DNA of 18,688 nucleotides from a virus. The position numbers and the translations under genes were made by a program. The notes under the pieces were generated by a model. It had not been told where the DNA came from. It searched no databases and saw only the letters and a list, made by a program, of their open reading frames with translations. Shown piece after piece: positions 12,160 through 18,658 of the stretch (the stretch's first letter is position 1; every line of letters begins with the position of its first letter). The stretch lies in IMG/VR virus record IMGVR_UViG_3300045988_169134, positions 1 to 18,688 of that record; one strand, 5' to 3'.

Positions 12160-13800
12160 CTAGACGACGTTTACAGTATACTCTCCGTAGCTCTTGCCAT
12201 CAAGTCCAGCGATTGTGAGCTTCACCACGAAGCCAGCCTCACCCTTGGCGATCGAGACCGCCGTCGCGAAGACGTTGACACCGACCGGGTAGACCTGACT
12301 CTCGGCGCCATCCTCCGCCAGCAACGCCTTGCGGGAGCGGGTGACTGTGTATTCCTTCGTCGCTTCGGCGAATTTCGCAACCCGGCGTCCGAGAACGTCA
12401 ATCCCCTTCAGCTCACTCCTCGTTGCCGGCCACTCCGGGAAGGACGGACCACCGATGCCGGTGAACTCAGCCTCCAGTCGAGCGCCGTCCGCCTCCGCGG
12501 CGACGATGATCGGGCCGAGCTCACGCGGGCCGATCGAGAGGACGCCAGCCTGAGAGACCTGTGTGCGAGAGTCGGTGCCGCGCACCGACCAGTTGATGTC
12601 CGGATCGGTGCCGCCGCCGGTGCAGGTCGCTTCCAGCTGATAGTTGCCGCCGCGCACCATATCCTGGCCCTGAACCTCCTTCGCACCCTCGCCGTATGCT
12701 TTGATGGCGGTGATGGCCGTGACGGGATCTTTGGCGAGGACGCGCTCGGTTTCGCCGCCGGTCCAAAACATGATCGCCGGCACGAAACGACTGCAAGAGA
12801 TGATTTCGTGGTGGTGCAGGAAAATGTTTTCCTGACTCGGCTCCGTCGGATCCTGAAAATTCAGGTTTTCCAGGAGCGTGTCGGCAACGACGAAGAAATC
12901 GCTGTCGACGAGGATCGCCTGGCAGCCGCCCTGCGGGAAATATTCGGCCGGCACCTCGATGATATGGTAGGGCACCTCAGCGTAGCTGACGTTGAAAAGC
13001 GCCGCGAGCCCCTCGACGTCCAGTGCCGCATTCGCCTCTGGCGTGATGAACATCACCAGGTTGTCAGGCTTGGCCGCAATCGGGAAGCGCGCCGCGTTGT
13101 AGTAGGGACTCCGGAATTTCAAATTCCCCGCCATGGCGCGCATCTTGCGCAGTGCCAGCCTGACGTCGCGATCGGTGACATCCTGCGCCGAAATATCGGG
13201 GATGTGTGCGTGGTAGAAGCCCCCGCGCCGCTCGTACTCGGTGAAAAGTCTCGACATGAGGAGGAACTCGTCCCATTTGTCCGACTCGCTCGGGGCAGCC
13301 ATGATGTCCGAGATGAGCCCGGACATGTCGCCCTCGCCGAGGAAAGCGCTTTTAATGACGGCGCGCTCCACAGAGACCGGATAGACGTCCATCCGATTCT
13401 TTTCATGGAAACTAACGTCGATCGGCACCCTGTGCGTGCCGAAAGCCATCTTTTCGCCGAAGCTCCGGTTCGGGTCGTAGGCCTTGGCGCGGATCAGGCC
13501 CGTCTGGTACTCTTCGATGCCGTTACCGTATTCGATGAGGCCTCGCTTGAATCTTGCGAGGGGGTTTGTCCACGAGTTGTGACGGGCGACGATCGTGCCG
13601 ATCTGCGTCATCAGCGCCGTGTAGATGGGATTCCACAGCTGGCGGTGCTGATCCAGGTAGCGGACCGTCGTCTCCACGCCGGCCTGCGTCGGCGACGGGA
13701 TGCGTGCCTTGTAGCCGATACTGGCACCGTTGATGGCGACCTGCAGGAGCTCACCGTTGCTGACGCCGGGCTTCAGGGACGGGATGTTGGGTACGGGCAT
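12160..13800 (-). CDS. Major capsid protein (phi29 gp8-like) with C-terminal Ig-like domain(s), 546 aa
   Basis: ATG 13800 is preceded by GGAGGA. It aligns by eye with phi29 gp8: NPLARFKRGLIEYGNGIEEY vs [26 protein letters not shown] vs FHERNR, RKMRAMAGNL vs KKMRATARKL, LVDSDFFVV vs LVDKDWFMV, SCSRF vs SVSRF. The C-terminal segment ...INWSVRGTDSRTQVSQAGVLSIG... looks like a Big_2 domain, as in gp8. Confidence 0.9.
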   Translation of the reverse strand: MPVPNIPSLKPGVSNGELLQVAINGASIGYKARIPSPTQAGVETTVRYLDQHRQLWNPIYTALMTQIGTIVARHNSWTNPLARFKRGLIEYGNGIEEYQTGLIRAKAYDPNRSFGEKMAFGTHRVPIDVSFHEKNRMDVYPVSVERAVIKSAFLGEGDMSGLISDIMAAPSESDKWDEFLLMSRLFTEYERRGGFYHAHIPDISAQDVTDRDVRLALRKMRAMAGNLKFRSPYYNAARFPIAAKPDNLVMFITPEANAALDVEGLAALFNVSYAEVPYHIIEVPAEYFPQGGCQAILVDSDFFVVADTLLENLNFQDPTEPSQENIFLHHHEIISCSRFVPAIMFWTGGETERVLAKDPVTAITAIKAYGEGAKEVQGQDMVRGGNYQLEATCTGGGTDPDINWSVRGTDSRTQVSQAGVLSIGPRELGPIIVAAEADGARLEAEFTGIGGPSFPEWPATRSELKGIDVLGRRVAKFAEATKEYTVTRSRKALLAEDGAESQVYPVGVNVFATAVSIAKGEAGFVVKLTIAGLDGKSYGEYTVNVV

Positions 13801-13803
13801 CTA

Positions 13804-14094
13804 TCAGTCCTCCGCGATAATATCTTCGAGTGTCAGAGATTCGGGGTCGACGTCGGCGACCGACGTTTCGGGCGCCTCATCGATCGCGGAGTGCTCGACG
13901 ATCGCGCGCAGCTCCGTGCACTGGGCGAGCGCCTCCTCGGCGATCTGCCGCACCTCGGAAATCATCTCCGTCAGGTCGGCGTCGATGGCGTCGGACTCCG
14001 CCTTCACGACGTCCGACTCATCCATCTCCTCAGGAGTCGGCGCTTCGTCCGGCTCTGTTTCACGTGAAACATCGTCTTCAGGCGTGTCCGCCAT
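13804..14094 (-). CDS. Putative scaffolding protein, highly acidic, 96 aa
   Basis: ATG 14094 is preceded by GGAGGA. The protein is very rich in Asp/Glu and appears predominantly helical. It lies immediately upstream of the capsid gene, as phi29 gene 7 does. Confidence 0.7.
   Translation of the reverse strand: MADTPEDDVSRETEPDEAPTPEEMDESDVVKAESDAIDADLTEMISEVRQIAEEALAQCTELRAIVEHSAIDEAPETSVADVDPESLTLEDIIAED
14057..14070. repeat. Palindrome copy 3, GTTTCACGTGAAAC (perfect), inside scaffold CDS
   Basis: Read directly from the sequence. It lies 24 nt downstream of the scaffold start codon and encodes Val-Ser-Arg-Glu-Thr. Confidence 0.9.
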
Positions 14095-14236
14095 GTATGT
14101 CCTCCGATCGGTAGTAGGGGATGCCGCCCCCCGGCGCCGGACGGCACCCAGCCACGGGATCAGGGCTGCGGCCGGTCTCACCCGGGGCTCTCCGCGCGCC
14201 CATCGCCGGCGCGCACGGGAGGGGCATCATGTGCGC

Positions 14237-14245
14237 AGTATATCA
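14237..14245 (-). promoter_or_regulatory. Candidate extended -10 promoter (TGATATACT) for the morphogenesis block
   Basis: The minus strand reads TGA-TATACT-G. The TATACTG core is the same as in P1/P2, and the TG of the polymerase stop codon sits in the extended -10 position. I found no convincing -35. It lies in the only large non-coding gap (14095..14242) of the minus-strand train. Confidence 0.3.
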
Positions 14246-15913
14246 CATCACCGCCATCCCCGACCAGTCTTTGAGCGTGTAGGTCTCGCGGACGTAGGCG
14301 GCGCCGCCGGGCACCATCCGGCAGACCCGGTTCTCTAGGACGGCGTAGGGGCGGACGTCCTCGTAGCGGACGAGCGGCGCCAGGTCGCCAGACAGGCCCG
14401 CCATGACGGCCGTCGAGCCGATACCGGAGTCCAGGTAGTATTGCTTGGGCCCGACGAATTTCGCCCTGTCGAACATGTCGCGCCGGGACCATTGACCCAA
14501 GCTCTCGCCGACGTCGGCGCCACGAGGCGGCTCGTCCCCGAGGAGGATGACCGAGTCCGTGTCGTAGTAGAGTAGGCGGTCATAGTTGGCGTTGGCGACG
14601 CGCACGAGCTCCCGGCGCCCGTAGGCGGTCACGAAGGCCGCTAGAGCGGGGTAGGTGCTGTTGACGTAGCGTTGACTGATCTTGAAGGGTTTTAGTATGC
14701 CGTCGGTGTGGACGAGGGTCGGGCCATCGTCTTCGCGCGAGTCGACGAGCTCGTAGCCGAGTCCCTGTTCTACCATGAGCGTCCGTGTCGCGAATTTCCC
14801 GTACACCGTGTTTAGAGCTTGTTTGGCGACAAGACGCATCGCCGGATCCGAGTGGGACTTCATCTCATAGAGCGGCTCGATGTACGGCGCCAGGTCCCCC
14901 GTCGATCCCTCATACTCGAAACATGAATTCCAGCACCACACATCGAAATCATAGTAGGTCGTAAGATATTCGTAGTCGACGGATGTGATCCAGCACGACG
15001 TAGAGACGTCGTCGTCCCACACCTTCGTGCCACACTCGGTTTTCTGGAAAAAGCATGGCACACCCCACCCTAGGCGACCCTCGCAGACGACGTTCGCAAT
15101 CCAGAGCCCGTCCATGTCCTCCGGCGCCCCCTCGTGGTAGTAGGGGCGCCCGACCGGCAGGCGCTCGCCCGCCATGATCGACGGGTAGAGCGAGTTGACG
15201 TCCCACGAGGTCCCGGCACCCACCTCCGCGAAAGGCCTCGCTTCCGGGCCGAGGTTGCACAGGCCGGGCAGGTAGGCGGCGCGGAGCATCTCCGACTCAG
15301 GGACGCCCGTCGGCGCCGGGTAGAGGCTGTCGAAATCTGCCACCGCCTCGCGGAGCCGCGCGAACGCATGCGAGGCCTGAGTCATTTTCCTCGACGACCA
15401 GGCATCGTCGAAAGAGACGGCAGCGGCCAACACGTCGAGATAGACCCGCGGCCACGGGACGTCCAAGGCCAGGTCCGTCACCCACTGGGGGTGGAGAGTC
15501 TCCGCCAGGGCGTCGAAATCAAGCGGCAGGAGGGCCTCGACGCCGCGGATCGACACCGACCGACCCGGCGCCACGGGGGTATTGAGCGAGAAAAACTGAC
15601 CGTCGCCCGTGTACAGGCCAGACATCCGGTCAACGGGGCGCCGATAGTCGGGGGACCAGGTGATGCCGCGCTCGATGTAGTCGGCGACGATGCAGGGGCC
15701 GACAAGGTCCATGTCCCACGTGTAGGCGACCTGGTAGGCGGCGAGGTCGGCTTCGGCGTCGGCGAACGTTTCATGTGAAACATAGTTTTCGCCGTCGAGT
15801 CCCATGAGGTGGACGGAGGTTATCGAGGCGCGCTCGCCGTCGTAGGCGGTCTCCACCCACAGGACGCAGACGTCAGATCGCTCTAATTGTTTGTTCGATC
15901 GCTTTGAAGACAT
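14243..15913 (-). CDS. Protein-primed family-B DNA polymerase (phi29 gp2-like), 556 aa
   Basis: ATG 15913 is preceded by GGAGGGAGGA. Motif A is WDVNSLYPS, motif B is KQALNTVYGKFA, motif C is LYYDTDSV, and a KxY motif (PKQYY) is present. It aligns by eye with phi29 polymerase along its whole length, including the C-terminal MVPGGAAYVRETYTLK vs QVPGGVVLVDDTFTIK. It overlaps the terminal-protein gene by 41 nt. Confidence 0.93.
   Translation of the reverse strand: MSSKRSNKQLERSDVCVLWVETAYDGERASITSVHLMGLDGENYVSHETFADAEADLAAYQVAYTWDMDLVGPCIVADYIERGITWSPDYRRPVDRMSGLYTGDGQFFSLNTPVAPGRSVSIRGVEALLPLDFDALAETLHPQWVTDLALDVPWPRVYLDVLAAAVSFDDAWSSRKMTQASHAFARLREAVADFDSLYPAPTGVPESEMLRAAYLPGLCNLGPEARPFAEVGAGTSWDVNSLYPSIMAGERLPVGRPYYHEGAPEDMDGLWIANVVCEGRLGWGVPCFFQKTECGTKVWDDDVSTSCWITSVDYEYLTTYYDFDVWCWNSCFEYEGSTGDLAPYIEPLYEMKSHSDPAMRLVAKQALNTVYGKFATRTLMVEQGLGYELVDSREDDGPTLVHTDGILKPFKISQRYVNSTYPALAAFVTAYGRRELVRVANANYDRLLYYDTDSVILLGDEPPRGADVGESLGQWSRRDMFDRAKFVGPKQYYLDSGIGSTAVMAGLSGDLAPLVRYEDVRPYAVLENRVCRMVPGGAAYVRETYTLKDWSGMAVM
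15768..15781. repeat. Palindrome copy 4, GTTTCATGTGAAAC (1 mismatch), inside polymerase CDS
   Basis: Read directly from the sequence. It encodes Val-Ser-His-Glu-Thr in the exonuclease domain. The shared flank GAAACAT also follows copy 3. Confidence 0.85.
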
Positions 15914-16715
15914 TCTTCGTCCTCCCTCCATTTCGGCCCGTGTTGGGGTTGTTCTCGCCCATTTGGACGCGGGAGAAATCCAGCTTCATCAGCTTATAGG
16001 CGTTGCGGAGATTCTGGGCGAGGGTGGAGTCGCGCCAGAGCACCATGAAGGCCGCCATGCCCTTGCCCTTTTGGGCGATCTTCGCCTCCATTTGCTTGCG
16101 GATGCGCTCGCCCTCCTCGCCGAGCTCGGACGTCATCGACGTGAAGGACCTCCACGCTTTGTCTTGCTGGTATTTGCGGCCCTCCGCCGACAGGAGGAAA
16201 TCGAGGCGCGCCATGTGCTTGTCGAAAGCCTTCTTCGACGCGTATTGCTTGACGCCGCGGTTGCGGGAGGCGATCGGGTCGGAGTCGACGCCCGGGACCC
16301 CGATGTAGCGGGGCGCCCTACCCTTCCTGGTTTCCTTCTCGGTGAACATTTGCTGCAGCGACATGCCGCTCGACGGGTCGACGTAGCGGGCGAATTTCCT
16401 GCGCTGGCGGGCCGCCCGCTCGTTCAGGCGTCGCTGACGATTCCGGAGGATGTCCATGTCGGTTTTCGATATGACATCACCCTTCTGGGTGCCGTAGAAT
16501 TGGACGCCGCGCGATGTGAAGACCTTCATCCGGTTGATGTAGGTCTTCAGTTCCTTCACCGACATGCCGCGAATGTCGTCCAGTGACGACGGATCCGGGT
16601 GGTATTCGGTGCCGCGCAAGTCCACGCCCTGTTTCTTCAGGCGGTTAAGCTTCTGCATCGCCCGGCGCCGAGCCAGCGCCGCATCCCTCTGCCAGGAGGC
16701 TTTTGTCTTAGCCAT
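15873..16715 (-). CDS. Terminal protein (phi29 gp3-like), 280 aa
   Basis: A basic protein encoded immediately upstream of, and overlapping, the polymerase gene. It aligns by eye with phi29 TP: KKQGVDL vs KKKYGVDL, VFTSRGVQFYG vs SFTNRANMRYQF. Ser248 in KLDFSRV lies 32 aa from the C-terminus; the phi29 priming Ser232 lies 34 aa from its C-terminus in EFDSEG. Confidence 0.8.
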   Translation of the reverse strand: MAKTKASWQRDAALARRRAMQKLNRLKKQGVDLRGTEYHPDPSSLDDIRGMSVKELKTYINRMKVFTSRGVQFYGTQKGDVISKTDMDILRNRQRRLNERAARQRRKFARYVDPSSGMSLQQMFTEKETRKGRAPRYIGVPGVDSDPIASRNRGVKQYASKKAFDKHMARLDFLLSAEGRKYQQDKAWRSFTSMTSELGEEGERIRKQMEAKIAQKGKGMAAFMVLWRDSTLAQNLRNAYKLMKLDFSRVQMGENNPNTGRNGGRTKNVFKAIEQTIRAI

Positions 16716-16733
16716 GGTCCCATCCTAGTCGAA

Positions 16734-16757
16734 GCGGGGCGGCCGAAGCCGCCCCGC
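16734..16757 (-). terminator. Perfect 10-bp GC hairpin with UUCG tetraloop between SSB and TP genes
   Basis: The minus-strand RNA would read GCGGGGCGGC-UUCG-GCCGCCCCGC, a cUUCGg tetraloop. It lies 15 nt after the SSB stop. No U-tract follows, so it may be an attenuator or a stabilising element rather than a full terminator. Confidence 0.45.
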
Positions 16758-16771
16758 GCGAGTGATCTACG

Positions 16772-17164
16772 TTACGGCCGCCGGCGCCTCGTCGGCGTCC
16801 GAGCCGACCCAGCCGGCTCCGCCTTCTGGCGGGGCGTCGTCCCCAGATAGGTTGCCGACCGGATCACCAAGTCGGTGCGCACGACGCCGTCAGAATCCGT
16901 CCACTCGTCCAGCGCCAGCTGGCCGGAGACGGCCACGAGGTCGCCTTTCCGGGAGGTATCGGCAACCGCCTCGGCGACGGCGCCCCACACAGAGGCGACC
17001 ACCCAGAGAGTCGGGCCGGCGTCCACCCACTCGTCCGACCGCGGGTCGCGTTTGCGGGGCGTGTGGGCGATCGAGAGATTGGCGACGGCCAGGCCGTCAT
17101 TCGTGTAGCGGACCTCCGGCGCGGCGCCGAGGAAGCCCTGGATCGTAATGTTAGCGGAAGTCAT
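16772..17164 (-). CDS. ssb: Single-stranded DNA-binding protein (OB fold), 130 aa
   Basis: ATG 17164 is preceded by AAGGAG. The sequence NITIQGFLGAAPEVRYTNDGLAVANLSIAH...WVVASVWGAVAEAVADTSRKGDLVAVSGQLALDEWTDSDGVVRTDLVIRSATYLG follows the bacterial/phage SSB OB-fold pattern. The C-terminal tail is basic (RRRRP) rather than acidic. Confidence 0.8.
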   Translation of the reverse strand: MTSANITIQGFLGAAPEVRYTNDGLAVANLSIAHTPRKRDPRSDEWVDAGPTLWVVASVWGAVAEAVADTSRKGDLVAVSGQLALDEWTDSDGVVRTDLVIRSATYLGTTPRQKAEPAGSARTPTRRRRP

Positions 17165-17175
17165 AAGTACTCTCC

Positions 17176-17460
17176 TTAGGGTTGATGAGTGGCGGCGAAA
17201 CGCGCGATCGCGAAGCCGGTGCGGCCATCGATGGACAGCCGGCGGATAATGATCCCGCCGCGACGCCGTGCCTTAGCGACGGCCACGGGAGGAAGATTCG
17301 GATGGCGGCGATCCAGGATGACGACCCGACGCCGAGAGGCAGGGACGACCCAGTAGACCGACGGAGGGAGGGCGACGGCCAACTGAGCCAGCGACGCGTC
17401 GCAGACGTAGACGCCGGAGCGCCGGCGGCGAAAGCGAAGGCGATCAAGAGCTGACGACAC
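17176..17460 (-). CDS. Small highly basic (Arg-rich) protein, 94 aa; possible DNA-binding protein
   Basis: GTG 17460 is preceded by a strong SD (GAAGGAGG, 5-nt spacing). Third codon positions are mostly G/C. It sits directly upstream of the SSB gene, the position of gene 6 in phi29. No domain recognised. Confidence 0.6.
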   Translation of the reverse strand: MSSALDRLRFRRRRSGVYVCDASLAQLAVALPPSVYWVVPASRRRVVILDRRHPNLPPVAVAKARRRGGIIIRRLSIDGRTGFAIARFAATHQP

Positions 17461-17818
17461 AGGGCCTCCTTCTCAGCCAGCCGGCCGCCGACCTAACCAG
17501 CATCTTGTAGAGCGAGTCGCCGGCCGGCGTCGGATAAGGGATCGACCGCAGCCACCACAGCTCCCCAGGCCCGTCAGGCCCCTCTTCGGGAGGGCAGACC
17601 AGGAAAAGGGCGATGGGACAGGTTACGCCGTAGCAATCTACATACGCGACCTCGATGCCGACGCGAGGCTTGGAGACGGTAAGGACATCGGGCCGCCATG
17701 ACGGCTCAGCTCGGATGGCGTACTGCTCAAGATCTTCGAAAAGGTTCTGGGCTAGATTAGGCAGCTCGGCGACCGCACCGCCAGCGCTGTCAACGCGCGG
17801 GGAATATGCGATCCACAT
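17444..17818 (-). CDS. Hypothetical early protein, 124 aa
   Basis: ATG 17818 overlaps the TGA of the upstream gene by 1 nt (TGATG). It is an in-frame part of ORF 17444..17905. No domain recognised. Confidence 0.65.
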   Translation of the reverse strand: MWIAYSPRVDSAGGAVAELPNLAQNLFEDLEQYAIRAEPSWRPDVLTVSKPRVGIEVAYVDCYGVTCPIALFLVCPPEEGPDGPGELWWLRSIPYPTPAGDSLYKMLVRSAAGWLRRRPCVVSS

Positions 17819-18210
17819 CAGAGGGCCTCCAGGTCGAAGTGGAAGCCGTGGACCGTCGACTCCACCGGCGGAGCGACGAGGTCGAAGCAGTCGATATTGG
17901 AGCACGCAGAGACGAGCTCCCAGACGACCTCGGTGACTCCGACCCTGATCGGGCCGTGCTCTAGCCAGCGCCTCGATCGCCCTGAGAGGTCGGCGACGAA
18001 GCAGATCCCGGACCAGTCGACGACATCAACCACGACGACCAGCGAGCCATACGCCTCGAAATCCCTGGCTGTGATTGAAAAATCCACGATCGCGGCAACG
18101 TCCATCGGGTAGCGGACGCTAGTGCAGACAAGACGGCCGTCGGCGTAGCCGGTGAAGCACTGGTCGAGGGCAGCACACACGCCTTGAATGGCATCGGATA
18201 GGTAGCTCAT
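17818..18210 (-). CDS. Hypothetical early protein, 130 aa (MSYLSDAIQGV...)
   Basis: ATG 18210 and the first three codons lie inside the right ITR, preceded by the ITR copy of P1 and its SD. The sequence diverges from the left-arm gene after Met-Ser-Tyr. No domain recognised. Confidence 0.75.
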   Translation of the reverse strand: MSYLSDAIQGVCAALDQCFTGYADGRLVCTSVRYPMDVAAIVDFSITARDFEAYGSLVVVVDVVDWSGICFVADLSGRSRRWLEHGPIRVGVTEVVWELVSACSNIDCFDLVAPPVESTVHGFHFDLEAL

Positions 18211-18261
18211 TTTTCGATCCTTTCGAGCTATCCCGAGGGCCTCTCCCTCGGTGATGTATCC

Positions 18262-18291
18262 AGTATAGCCCGAGGGCGGAGGCGAAGTCAA
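18262..18291 (-). promoter_or_regulatory. Early promoter P1' (right ITR copy of P1)
   Basis: Mirror image of 398..427: TTGACT (18291..18286), 18 nt, TATACT (18267..18262) on the minus strand. It presumably drives the right-arm early/replication genes. Confidence 0.6.
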
Positions 18292-18628
18292 GGACGAGGG
18301 GAGTGATGTGGGACACATTCCTCGGGGTGAGATATGAGATATCACATCTCACGAGGGGGCGTCGGACACGACGGCGCCAGCCAGAAGCACGAGAATCGAT
18401 TCTGAGAGCCTTAGAAAGAGGCACCCAAGCGACCCTAGCGACGAGGGGGAGAGAAGCCGGGAAATCGGCCATTACGTGACGATTTGAGGCATACCAGCGA
18501 GGAGGGCGCGCCGAGAGACCCCGGATGGATGAGAGACCGACGGCGCCGAGAGGGCGTGAGGAAGACCACCCGATTTGTGCTATCCATGGTAGGATATAAA
18601 ATGCGAGGGAGCTCACAGGTAGGATGGC

Positions 18629-18658
18629 TTGACACGAATGGACGAGATGGGGTATACG
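18629..18658 (+). promoter_or_regulatory. Outward-facing promoter-like element in right ITR (TTGACA-N18-TATACG)
   Basis: TTGACA (18629..18634), 18 nt, TATACG (18653..18658), pointing at the right terminus. It is the mirror of 31..60. Confidence 0.3.

Noticed and set aside
12043-14067. A 674-aa plus-strand ORF, the longest on that strand, plus other long plus-strand ORFs such as 9965..10825, 6518..7396, 15134..15778, 15891..16586, 2999..3820 and 5615..6046.
   Set aside because: All of them lie antisense to minus-strand genes that have clear phi29-family similarity, SD sequences and start/stop coupling. Their products are Arg/Gly/Asp/Val-rich low-information sequences, which is typical of stop-codon-poor antisense frames in GC-rich DNA. 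None has a convincing SD.
479-18210. An impression that several early ORFans (933..1325, 1507..1926, 1919..2278, 17444..17818, 17818..18210) share an N-terminal helix followed by beta strands and might be paralogues.
   Set aside because: I could not align any convincing conserved residues by eye. The resemblance may be only similar size and composition. It needs profile-profile or structure comparison before being claimed.
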